NCBI GenBank assembly: GCA_965117025.1 | Contig: OZ220746.1 | Span: 2,357,650 to 2,421,649 of the forward strand | Reading direction: 5' to 3' | Length of the DNA: 64,000 nucleotides | Origin: Rhodothermales bacterium | GTDB lineage: Bacteria > Bacteroidota > Rhodothermia > Rhodothermales > VXPQ01 | In this document: positions 19,112 through 27,320 of the stretch, one piece after another | Numbering within the stretch: the stretch's first letter is position 1 | Layout of the letters: the number at the start of each line of letters is the position of its first letter | The notes under the pieces: model-generated | Database searches by the model: none | Told to the model about the DNA's origin: nothing | The model's input: only the letters and a program-made list of their open reading frames with translations | Program-made: the position numbers and the translations under genes

Positions 19112-21511
19112 ATGGTCGAACCTGAGCCGGTCCCTCCACTGACGGATACGCCGCCCGACTTGCGCCGGGTTGCCCTGATCGGCAATCCCAATGTCGGCAA
19201 GACGACGGTATTCAATCTATTGACGGGTCGGCGTCAGAAAGTGGCCAATTACCCCGGCGTCACCGTCGAGCGCAAGAGCGGGCGGCTTATCGGGGCGGAG
19301 ACCGTCGAAGTAGTCGATCTGCCGGGGACATACAGTCTCAATCCCAGGTCGCTCGACGAGCAGATCGCCTACGACATGCTCGTGGGACGCATTGAGGGGG
19401 AGACGCCGCCCGATCTGGTCGTTTGCGTGGTGGATGCCACCAACCTGGAGCGCAACCTGTATCTGGTTTCGCAGGTGATGGACCTGGGTCTTCCGGTCAT
19501 CGTGGCGCTGAATATGATGGATACCGTGCGGGAGAGTGATCTGTCGATTGATGCGGAAGCGCTCGGTAAAGCATTGGGTCTCCCGATCGTTCCGATGGCG
19601 GCGCTTCACAAAGAAGGCGTTGATGCGCTGCGTCGCACCATTCTGGATATTCCTTCACCTGCGCCGGCGCAGCGCTGGACGCTGATGCCTGCTGTTGCGG
19701 CGCATGTGGGGCCGCTGTGCGAAATACTTGCCGAGCATGTCCCCGATCTTCCCGAAAATCATCGTTTCAACGAGGTCCTGCACGCGCTTGTCAACGAGAA
19801 GGCCATGGCGTACTGGGCGATACGCGCCCCGGCGTTTCATGCAGCGGTGCTGGCGGTACAGGAAACCCTGGAGGCGCGCAAGGCGCCTTATCGCCAGGCG
19901 GAGATCACGGGACGCTATACATGGCTCGGCCCCATTGTTGCGCAAGTGACGGCACGGCACAAGGCCTCCTCGAAAAAGACATGGTCGGACCGTTTCGATG
20001 CGGTGCTGACACATCGGATATTCGGCCTCCCGATATTTCTTGCCGTTCTCGTGATTGTTTTCCAGGCGGTCTTTTCCTGGGCCGTTCCGGCCATGGACCT
20101 GATCGAAGCGGCAGTGGCGGGACTGGGCTCCCTGGTGCGAAACACGTTGCCCGGCGGCGTTTTTACGGACCTCTTGGTTGAGGGGGCCATCGCGGGAGTG
20201 GGCAATGTCCTGATTTTTCTGCCGCAAATCCTGCTGCTTTTTTTCTTCATCGGACTGATGGAGGATTCCGGCTACATGGCCCGCACGGCGTTCATCATGG
20301 ACCGGCTGATGAAGAGGGTGGGGCTCAGCGGCGGTTCGGTGGTGCCCCTGTTGAGCAGTTTCGCATGCGCTATTCCCGGCATCATGGCGGCCCGGACGCT
20401 CGATAACGAACGCGACCGGATTATCACGATCATGGTTGCCCCGCTGATGAGTTGCTCGGCGCGTTTGCCGGTCTATACCCTGTTCATCGCCGCCTTTATT
20501 CCGGCGGGCAAACTCTTCGGGGTTTTCGGCTACCAGGGCCTGACGATGTTCACGATGTACCTTATGGGCACCCTGACCGCTTTCGTAGCGGCCTGGATCC
20601 TGAAACGATACGTTTTCAAAGGCTCGGCGTCTTTCTTTGCCATGGAGTTGCCGCCGTACCGGCGGCCGAAGATGCGATACCTCTTCTGGCGAATGATCGC
20701 ACGGTCGAAGATATTCGTTTATCGTGCAGGAAAGATCATCTTTCTGCTGAGCATCGTGCTCTGGTTTTTGGCCAGTTATCCCAAAGCGCAGCTCGGCCCG
20801 GACCTGTTGGCGCAACGGACGGCTATCGAGACCCGACATCAGGACGCATACGATCGGATCGCGGGGCAGGAAGGTATGCCCATCCCCGACTTGCTTGCTC
20901 AGCCTCCCGTTGCCGAGGCGATGCGTTTTCTCTCGGCGGATCCCGAAAACGATCCCGAAGCCGGGGCGGCCTTCGACGCCTTGCGCAATCAATACCCCGG
21001 TCAGGTTGCCAACGCCCAGGCGCTGTACGAGGCGCAGCAGGAATACGAAGACGATTTAGCTCGTCTGGCCGATGCCGAAGCCGGTTACCTGATCCGCCAC
21101 AGCTTCATCGGCCGGTTTGGCCGCGCATTAGAGCCCGTCATGCAACCCCTCGGCTTCGACTGGAAGATCACCGCGGGCATCATTGCGGCGTTTGCCGCGC
21201 GCGAAGTCATCGTCAGCACGCTTGCCACGCTCTACAGTGTCAGCGACGCCGATGAGACAAGCCCTGTCCTGCGCGATTACCTCAAAGCCGACCGTTATCC
21301 GGACGGACGGCCTGTTTTTACGCCGCTGGTGGCGCTGAGCCTGCTGGTGTTCTTCGTGTTTGCGCTGCAATGCATGAGTACGCTTGCCATTGCCCGGCGC
21401 GAGACGAACACATGGCGCTGGCCGGTGGTCATGTGGCTATACATGACAGGGCTTGCCTACCTGTGCTCACTTATCGTCTACCAGGGCGGCCTGATGCTGG
21501 GGCTGAGCTGA
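19112..21511 (+). CDS. feoB: Ferrous iron transporter FeoB
   Basis: N-terminal G-domain (VALIGNPNVGKTTVFNLLTG, DLPGTYSL, NMMD) followed by a polytopic membrane domain. 799 aa. Confidence 0.95.
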   Translation: MVEPEPVPPLTDTPPDLRRVALIGNPNVGKTTVFNLLTGRRQKVANYPGVTVERKSGRLIGAETVEVVDLPGTYSLNPRSLDEQIAYDMLVGRIEGETPPDLVVCVVDATNLERNLYLVSQVMDLGLPVIVALNMMDTVRESDLSIDAEALGKALGLPIVPMAALHKEGVDALRRTILDIPSPAPAQRWTLMPAVAAHVGPLCEILAEHVPDLPENHRFNEVLHALVNEKAMAYWAIRAPAFHAAVLAVQETLEARKAPYRQAEITGRYTWLGPIVAQVTARHKASSKKTWSDRFDAVLTHRIFGLPIFLAVLVIVFQAVFSWAVPAMDLIEAAVAGLGSLVRNTLPGGVFTDLLVEGAIAGVGNVLIFLPQILLLFFFIGLMEDSGYMARTAFIMDRLMKRVGLSGGSVVPLLSSFACAIPGIMAARTLDNERDRIITIMVAPLMSCSARLPVYTLFIAAFIPAGKLFGVFGYQGLTMFTMYLMGTLTAFVAAWILKRYVFKGSASFFAMELPPYRRPKMRYLFWRMIARSKIFVYRAGKIIFLLSIVLWFLASYPKAQLGPDLLAQRTAIETRHQDAYDRIAGQEGMPIPDLLAQPPVAEAMRFLSADPENDPEAGAAFDALRNQYPGQVANAQALYEAQQEYEDDLARLADAEAGYLIRHSFIGRFGRALEPVMQPLGFDWKITAGIIAAFAAREVIVSTLATLYSVSDADETSPVLRDYLKADRYPDGRPVFTPLVALSLLVFFVFALQCMSTLAIARRETNTWRWPVVMWLYMTGLAYLCSLIVYQGGLMLGLS

Positions 21512-21527
21512 GGCCGCCGAAGCCGTT

Positions 21528-23183
21528 TCAAGGCCCGGATACGACGATTTCCGTCGTTGCAAGCGGTATGCCGGATATGTCCGACATGGCATCGTAGAAT
21601 TCGACGAATCGATTGGTTTCGGGCGCGTCGTAGTCCTTCAGGTTATGGGCCCACCGGTAGCCGATCGGCTGATACCAGAGCGAGGCCTGCATGGTAAAGG
21701 GGCCTTGCTGTCCGCTCACATCGACGATATAGCGTACGGTGTCGGTTCCTCCCGCAAAATCGATGTCCTCCCTTGCCCGTCCATGGACTGCTATATCCTC
21801 GGATGCGGACGCTTTGTCGAACCCTCTCGGCAACAGTCGATTGTCCTTGATGTACCGCACTCCCTGCAAAAGTCCCGTCGTCACCAGACCCTGTGTATCG
21901 ACCATTACGGACTCGTAGATCTGCACCTGATCGCTTTGCGTGATTTCCTGATAATGGGGTTCGTAGCGTGCCGGATCCGTGTCGTTGTCGTTTCCCGGAA
22001 TTTCGCCCGTGGACCGGATCCCGCCGGATTCGAAAACAGGCGTCCCGTTCCGGTCGCGCACCGTAAAATGAATCCAGCTTCTGCGGGAGGGATACCCCGT
22101 CGGAAGTTTATGCCCGGCCAGGTTTTCAAGACGAACCTCGACGTGCAATGCATCTTGCACCCGTTCGGCGTTTTCTATCGAGATACGCGCGGTCCTGGTT
22201 TGTAAATGCTGCTCGGTTTGTCGGGCCGTGGCCTCCAGTTCGTTCGGGAGGGCTTCTACGCCCAGTTCGGCCCGGTACCGGTTGAGCATGCGGAGCATAA
22301 AGAAGTTGCCTCCCTGAAATACATGCCGGGAAACACCGGTTCGCCCCTCACCCAATACGGAGGAGATGGTTGTGGTATCCTCCACGACAGGCATGTGGCA
22401 GGACTGACAACTTTGTTCTTCGCGGTAGGCGCTGTGGAGCCATTCCAGATACGGGACTTGCTCGGGCAGTTCGCCTGCAATCTCTCCCGTGGGCCCGATC
22501 GCTTCCGTAAACAGGGTATGGCATGTCGCGCATAGTTCGGACTTTTGAATATGAAGCGATTCCACTTGCCGGAACCCCGATGCGGAATGCATCACGGTTC
22601 GGCGGCCTGTGTCCACTTCATAGGGCCCGAAAATGGCGCGTTGTTCGATCGGTGTCTCCGTATCGATCACGAATCCGGCCGTAAAACTTTCTCTGGCGCC
22701 CAGATTATCGGCGGTAATCTGGTGGCATACGGTGCAGGAAACGCCATCGGCGGCCAGATCGTCGGTGCGGTGTGTCTTTTCCCCGACCGGCAGATGAGAA
22801 AAGACCTGCCCTTGTTTGTCCGCAGCCTTTGCCTCAAAGCGGGACATGGGCATATGGCAGGCGGCGCACTCGTCTTCGATGCGGGCCTGCGCCCCCGGAT
22901 GATCCATCGTTTCCCGCCGCACTGCGGCCTGCCAATACGGATCGCGGGCCGAATTGGCCATCATGGAAGCGCGCCAGTCCGTGCCGATCGAGATGTCCTC
23001 GCCGGAAGGGGTAATCAGATTGCTATGACAACTTATGCACGCGGCGCCGGTCGCGAACAGGTGCGGGTCCGTTTCGGAAGAAGCCGTGTCCGGCGCCTGC
23101 GGGGGCACGGAGAAGAACAGCGGATGAACGAATGCCAATCCTGCCGAAGCAACAAGAATTACCAGAAGCAGCTTTCCGCTCAT
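21528..23183 (-). CDS. Secreted pentaheme c-type cytochrome with a ~290-aa heme-free C-terminal domain
   Basis: Signal peptide MSGKLLLVILVASAGLAFV. Five CxxCH motifs (CISCH, CAACH, CTVCH, CATCH, CQSCH), all in the first ~260 aa. C-terminal region has LENLAGHKLPTGYPSRRSWIHFTVRDRNG. Sits 26 nt downstream of the cytochrome-barrel gene. Confidence 0.85.
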   Translation of the reverse strand: MSGKLLLVILVASAGLAFVHPLFFSVPPQAPDTASSETDPHLFATGAACISCHSNLITPSGEDISIGTDWRASMMANSARDPYWQAAVRRETMDHPGAQARIEDECAACHMPMSRFEAKAADKQGQVFSHLPVGEKTHRTDDLAADGVSCTVCHQITADNLGARESFTAGFVIDTETPIEQRAIFGPYEVDTGRRTVMHSASGFRQVESLHIQKSELCATCHTLFTEAIGPTGEIAGELPEQVPYLEWLHSAYREEQSCQSCHMPVVEDTTTISSVLGEGRTGVSRHVFQGGNFFMLRMLNRYRAELGVEALPNELEATARQTEQHLQTRTARISIENAERVQDALHVEVRLENLAGHKLPTGYPSRRSWIHFTVRDRNGTPVFESGGIRSTGEIPGNDNDTDPARYEPHYQEITQSDQVQIYESVMVDTQGLVTTGLLQGVRYIKDNRLLPRGFDKASASEDIAVHGRAREDIDFAGGTDTVRYIVDVSGQQGPFTMQASLWYQPIGYRWAHNLKDYDAPETNRFVEFYDAMSDISGIPLATTEIVVSGP

Positions 23184-23209
23184 GGGTACATTTTCCGGTC
23201 AGATACAGG

Positions 23210-24514
23210 TTACCAGCCCTCGAAAAAACCTCCGTCGAACCATTCCCACAACAGATAGACTATAAATTGCGCATCGCGGGCGTACTGATCTGCGGGAATA
23301 CGGAGTCCGATGTTGAGCATCACGTGCTGCCGCCGGTTCAGGGTGATTTGCGCCTGGGGCACGATATCCCAATGCAAAACGCCCTCCGCCCCCAGAGGAC
23401 GGGTTCCGAGTACTTCCAGCATGGGCGACCAGGTGCGCCCCCAGTTTCCCTGCGTGAAGCTTTTGCCTGCCACGCCGCGAAAAAAAGCCTCGTCCGCCGC
23501 TGCATTCCGATCCAGGGGGAGTTCGAAACCACCCTGAAATTGCAGAAAAGCGTCCGCAGGCAGAATCTGCCCGTACGAAGCAAAGGGTTCGATGCGCGTC
23601 AGACCTTTTCCTATGCCCCTGTTTTTGCGCCCCGTGGGCAGAATCACTTCGCCCCCGAGACTAAGTATGCTGCCATGCGACAAGCTCTGGAGCATGACGC
23701 GTTTCAAACCGAGCGCTACATCCCCGAGTTGCCCGCCTTGCCTATGCTCCTCGAAGCCGAACGGTACGACCACCTCGAACTGATTGCGCGCGCCGAATCG
23801 TTTTTCATAGAGCAGTTCATGGAGAATGGCGCCCCTGCTGGCTACGATATCGACCGTGGTCGTCAGCACCGCCTCGTCTTCCGGAAACGCTTTTTCGGTC
23901 ACCAGGGGGCGCGGCGTATTCAATTCGCCTCTCGGCCATTCGTCGTCCGGGCACAGGGTGCGAATGTGATCCAGTATCTTTTGCAGTTCGTCCTGCGTCA
24001 GCGCATCGCCAAAGGCCGGCATCTCCCGGGCGAACCCGCGCACGGGCCCTCCTTGATGGGCCACCGCAAGCCAGTCCGCGTCGGGTTCGCGGGTGGCGAA
24101 GTTGCAGTCGGTGAAATCGGGAAGCGGAATATCGAACCCCAGTAAGGCCGCGGGAGCGCCTCTGCCGTCTGCGCCATGACAGGTTGCACAGGCCTTTCTG
24201 TAGAGTTCCTCGCCGGTATCGTTCGTCCGCGCAGGGCCGTATCTGACTTGCTCTGCGATGCCGCTGCGCTGCAACGTTTCGTTTGTACGCCTGGGCCCGG
24301 GTTGCATTGGCCCCTGACAGGTTGCGGGAGGCGCCCCGGCGCTATGCACATCGTCCGGACCGACCGGATTGCCGGCGGCATGGACGAATGCCGAAACATG
24401 ACGGCTTTCCGGCTCATAAGCCCCGAACGCACCGGTCGATCCCATGCCGCACCCAAGCACGAGCAGGGCCAGTGCATGACCGGATCGGCGCAAGTACCAG
24501 CAGGGATATTTCAT
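23210..24514 (-). CDS. Monoheme cytochrome c domain fused to a putative outer-membrane beta-barrel
   Basis: ORF 23210..24652 trimmed to ATG 24514 (MKYPCWYLRRSGHALALLVLGCG). Single CATCH in a class-I-like block (EELYRKACATCHGADGRG ... EMPAFGDALTQDELQKILDHIRTL). The last ~230 aa have short alternating strands (FEVVVPFGF, VALGLKRVML, ILSLGGEVILP, AFLQFQGGFELPL) and an aromatic terminus ...WFDGGFFEGW. Confidence 0.7.
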   Translation of the reverse strand: MKYPCWYLRRSGHALALLVLGCGMGSTGAFGAYEPESRHVSAFVHAAGNPVGPDDVHSAGAPPATCQGPMQPGPRRTNETLQRSGIAEQVRYGPARTNDTGEELYRKACATCHGADGRGAPAALLGFDIPLPDFTDCNFATREPDADWLAVAHQGGPVRGFAREMPAFGDALTQDELQKILDHIRTLCPDDEWPRGELNTPRPLVTEKAFPEDEAVLTTTVDIVASRGAILHELLYEKRFGARNQFEVVVPFGFEEHRQGGQLGDVALGLKRVMLQSLSHGSILSLGGEVILPTGRKNRGIGKGLTRIEPFASYGQILPADAFLQFQGGFELPLDRNAAADEAFFRGVAGKSFTQGNWGRTWSPMLEVLGTRPLGAEGVLHWDIVPQAQITLNRRQHVMLNIGLRIPADQYARDAQFIVYLLWEWFDGGFFEGW

Positions 24515-24830
24515 GCGCTTTCGGGGGATGTCCCTTTTTTCTACGGCCGGGATCGCTCCACGATATAGCGTCCGCTTGCCCGGACCGTACATATCCTTTC
24601 CAAACATACGAGCCGGGTGATGGTTTGTCCAATGAAGCCGGATATTTTCCATGTGTGTGAACCAATGATTGCACAGCGGATGTCCTTTGGAACCTGCTGA
24701 AGAAGATTTCCTTCGATGGGATCAAAGCCCGGCTGATCGGTTCAGCAATCCGAATCCGATCCACGGAGGTTTCAGGAACATTCCCGTTTGCATACCGCTC
24801 CCCGGCCTGCTAATTTTCCGAAAATGCCAT

Positions 24831-24861
24831 CCGCCGGTGTTTTTGCGGCGGTTATCTTTTT
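24831..24861 (+). promoter_or_regulatory. Terminator-like hairpin in the thiO 5' leader (candidate attenuator)
   Basis: CCGCCG-GTGTTTTTG-CGGCGG followed by TTATCTTTTT, ending 18 nt before the thiO ATG. No upstream same-strand gene exists for it to terminate. Confidence 0.4.
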
Positions 24862-24878
24862 CCGCGCGTTGTTTTCTC

Positions 24879-26030
24879 ATGCCCGATTCTGTGAAAACAC
24901 CTCCTTCTGACAGATCCGTGCTCATTGTCGGCGGCGGCGTGGCGGGGCTTGCGCTGGGTTGGCGCTTGCTGCATGCCGGTCGGTCCGTACATCTTTTCGA
25001 GCGGGATCAAGCCGGGCGCGGGGCTTCCTGGGCGGCGGCAGGCATGCTGGCGCCGGATGCGGAAATCGGGTTCGAGGACCCGGAACTCTACCGGCTCAAC
25101 CGAGAAAGCCTGCGGAGATGGCCGGCGTTTGCGGCAGCGCTTGAAGCGGAAAGCGGAATCGGGACGGGGTTTCGGGTCGGAGGGGCCGTGCATGTGGCTG
25201 CCGACCGGGACGAGGCGGAAGCCCTCCGCCGCCGCTACGATTTTATGAAGGCGCAGGGCTTGGACATCCGGTGGCTGTCGCCGGCAGAGGCGCTGGATAT
25301 AGAACCGTTTATCACGTCCCGACCGGCGGCGGTGATGTATTCTCCTTCGGATAGCCAGGTGGATAGCCGCGCGCTGGTCGAAGCGTTGCAGACTTCTTTT
25401 CTGAAGGCCGGGGGCACGCTGCGCGAAGGGACCGCTGTGCGCGCTGTCGAACCCGATGCGCGGACTCCCGCCGTCATGACGGAACACGGCGAGCGGGTCG
25501 AGGGATCGTGCGTGGTGCTTGCCACGGGCGCCTGGTCGCATGGCATGGAAGGACTGACGGCGGATCAGCGGCCGCCTGTACGTCCGGTGCGCGGGCAGAT
25601 GATGGAATTGGAGGCCGAGCCTCCGTTCGACTTGCAGCATGTCGTACGGAGTGCGCATATGTGCGTGGTGCCCAAGCCGGGCGGACGGGTGCTTGTCGGC
25701 ACCACGATGGAGGAAATGGGCTTCGATGCGCGCGTTACGGCGGGCGGGTTGTACACTATCCTGGAGGAGGCGCGCAAAATCGTGCCGGGGATCGACGATC
25801 TCCCCGTGCGCGATATATGGGCGGGGCTTCGCCCGGCAAGCCGCGATCATTTACCCATTCTGGGCCCTTCCTCTGCACCCGGCGTAGTGATGACCACGGG
25901 TTTCTACCGGCACGGCATGCTGCTTGCCCCGGTCGCTTCCGAAGAAGTGGCGCAATACATTCTTACCGGAGAAACCTCTGCATGGATCGTCCCGTTTTTA
26001 CCGGGACGTTTCGAGGCGGTATCCGCGTGA
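24879..26030 (+). CDS. thiO: Glycine oxidase ThiO (FAD-dependent)
   Basis: ORF 24669..26030 trimmed to ATG 24879 (MPDSVKTPPSDRSVLIVGGGVAGLALGWRL = GxGxxG FAD fold; ASWAAAGMLAP). First gene of the thiS-thiG-thiE-thiD cluster. Confidence 0.85.
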   Translation: MPDSVKTPPSDRSVLIVGGGVAGLALGWRLLHAGRSVHLFERDQAGRGASWAAAGMLAPDAEIGFEDPELYRLNRESLRRWPAFAAALEAESGIGTGFRVGGAVHVAADRDEAEALRRRYDFMKAQGLDIRWLSPAEALDIEPFITSRPAAVMYSPSDSQVDSRALVEALQTSFLKAGGTLREGTAVRAVEPDARTPAVMTEHGERVEGSCVVLATGAWSHGMEGLTADQRPPVRPVRGQMMELEAEPPFDLQHVVRSAHMCVVPKPGGRVLVGTTMEEMGFDARVTAGGLYTILEEARKIVPGIDDLPVRDIWAGLRPASRDHLPILGPSSAPGVVMTTGFYRHGMLLAPVASEEVAQYILTGETSAWIVPFLPGRFEAVSA

Positions 26031-26080
26031 CGACCGGGTCCGATATGCGGACCGGTTAAGCCGGATCCGGCGCACGGCAT

Positions 26081-26208
26081 GCGCCGCTATGTACAAAGAC
26101 AGCGCACGGCATGCGCCGCCACACGAATACGCCGCACACACAGGCGGATGGACCATGTCTTCCGAATCTCTCATCGATGTGTTGATCAACGGGGAAACAC
26201 ATTCCGTG
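26081..26208 (+). repeat. Copy A of a duplicated segment (thiS leader plus first ~18 codons)
   Basis: Aligns by eye with 27195..27320, with most positions identical (gcgccgctatg...cgccgcaca.a.a.gcggatggaccatgtcttcc.aatctctcatcgat.tgttgatcaacgg). Confidence 0.85.
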
Positions 26209-26382
26209 CCGGCGCGGGCGACGGTGTCCGTACTGGTGCGGAAGATGGGGTTCGATCCGGCCGATGCGAAGGGCATGGCCGTGGCGGTCAACGATACGGT
26301 GGCGCCGAAGGGGACATGGGACCGCCATGCCATCCGGTCCGGCGACCGGATCGAGGTGATTGCTGCGCAACAGGGAGGATAG
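26155..26382 (+). CDS. thiS: Sulfur carrier protein ThiS
   Basis: 75 aa ([18 protein letters not shown]...[11 protein letters not shown]) with the C-terminal GG typical of ThiS. Lies inside listed ORF 25924..26382. Confidence 0.9.
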   Translation: MSSESLIDVLINGETHSVPARATVSVLVRKMGFDPADAKGMAVAVNDTVAPKGTWDRHAIRSGDRIEVIAAQQGG

Positions 26383-26384
26383 AT

Positions 26385-27173
26385 ATGACGGTGAACGGAC
26401 ACCCGGATGTACTGAAAATCGGCGACATGGCGTTGTCCTCCCGGCTGATCATGGGTACGAGCCGGTATCCGAATCCGCGGGTCATGCTGGACGCGCTCGA
26501 GGCGTCCGGCACGGAACTCGTCACCGTAGCGATCCGGCGCGTGAACCTGCAGGACACGTCGGGGGAACGCCTTCTGGAATTGCTCAAGCCGTATCGCTGT
26601 CTGCCCAACACCGCCGGATGCTATACGGCGAAAGAAGCGGTGCTGGTGGCGCAACTGGCCCGCGAAGCGCTGGAAACCCATCTGATCAAACTGGAGGTCA
26701 TCGGAGACGACGAAACGCTGCTTCCGGATGTCGAACAGTTGCTGCGGGCGGCGAAGGAACTCGTGGACGACGGCTTTTCCGTGATGGTCTATGCAAACGA
26801 CGATCCCATCACATGCCGCAAACTGGCCGATCTCGGGTGCGCTGCGATCATGCCGCTGGCCTCCCCGATAGGCAGCGGGCAGGGACTGGTGAACCCCTAC
26901 AATCTGGCGCTCATACGGGACATCATCCGCGATACTCCGCTGATCGTGGATGCCGGGATCGGCACGGCGAGCGATGCGGCGCGGGTGATGGAACTGGGCT
27001 ACGACGGGGTGCTTCTGAACACGGCGGTTTCCGATGCGCAGCATCCCGTGACGATGGCCTCCGCCATGCGCCGGGCCGTGGAGGCAGGGCGGCTGGCCTT
27101 TCTGTCCGGGCGTATGCCGCGCCGCACGTATGCACAGGCTTCGTCGCCTATGGAGGGGCGCATCGGCGAATAA
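26385..27173 (+). CDS. thiG: Thiazole synthase ThiG
   Basis: Starts 2 nt after thi[80 protein letters not shown]. Lies inside listed ORF 26079..27173. Confidence 0.95.
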   Translation: MTVNGHPDVLKIGDMALSSRLIMGTSRYPNPRVMLDALEASGTELVTVAIRRVNLQDTSGERLLELLKPYRCLPNTAGCYTAKEAVLVAQLAREALETHLIKLEVIGDDETLLPDVEQLLRAAKELVDDGFSVMVYANDDPITCRKLADLGCAAIMPLASPIGSGQGLVNPYNLALIRDIIRDTPLIVDAGIGTASDAARVMELGYDGVLLNTAVSDAQHPVTMASAMRRAVEAGRLAFLSGRMPRRTYAQASSPMEGRIGE

Positions 27174-27320
27174 CGCACAGGAGGCGTCGGAACCGCGCCG
27201 CTATGCACATACAGCGCCCGGCAGGCGCCACCACAAAAATACGCCGCACAAACAAGCGGATGGACCATGTCTTCCAAATCTCTCATCGATATGTTGATCA
27301 ACGGAAAAATGCTTTCCGTG
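27118..27320 (+). repeat. Junction segment: copy B (thiG 3' end plus trailer) directly followed by copy A' (thiS leader plus 5' codons)
   Basis: 27118..27192 matches 28881..28952. 27195..27320 matches 26081..26208. The A' part encodes MSSKSLIDMLINGKMLSV, compared with thi[19 protein letters not shown]. Confidence 0.85.

Noticed and set aside
21528-23183. The pentaheme cytochrome as NrfA-type nitrite reductase, or as ActA of alternative complex III.
   Set aside because: There is no CxxCK motif and no nrfH or other nrf genes nearby. No actB-F genes are nearby. At 551 aa, with a long heme-free C-terminal domain, it does not fit ActA. This cannot be excluded without profile searches, so the family is left unassigned.
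24515-24878. TPP (THI-box) riboswitch upstream of thiO.
   Set aside because: Only a loose match to the AACCUG...stem...GAUGGGA half was found. The near-invariant CUGAGA and GGGGUGC elements are absent. It is kept only as a low-confidence leader or attenuator observation, pending cmsearch with RF00059.
27267-27320. Start of the sulfatase at ATG 27267 (MSSKSLIDMLINGKMLSV...).
   Set aside because: These 18 codons are a copy of the thiS 5' end and precede a normal signal peptide that begins at ATG 27321. They are treated as a duplication remnant rather than true N-terminus.
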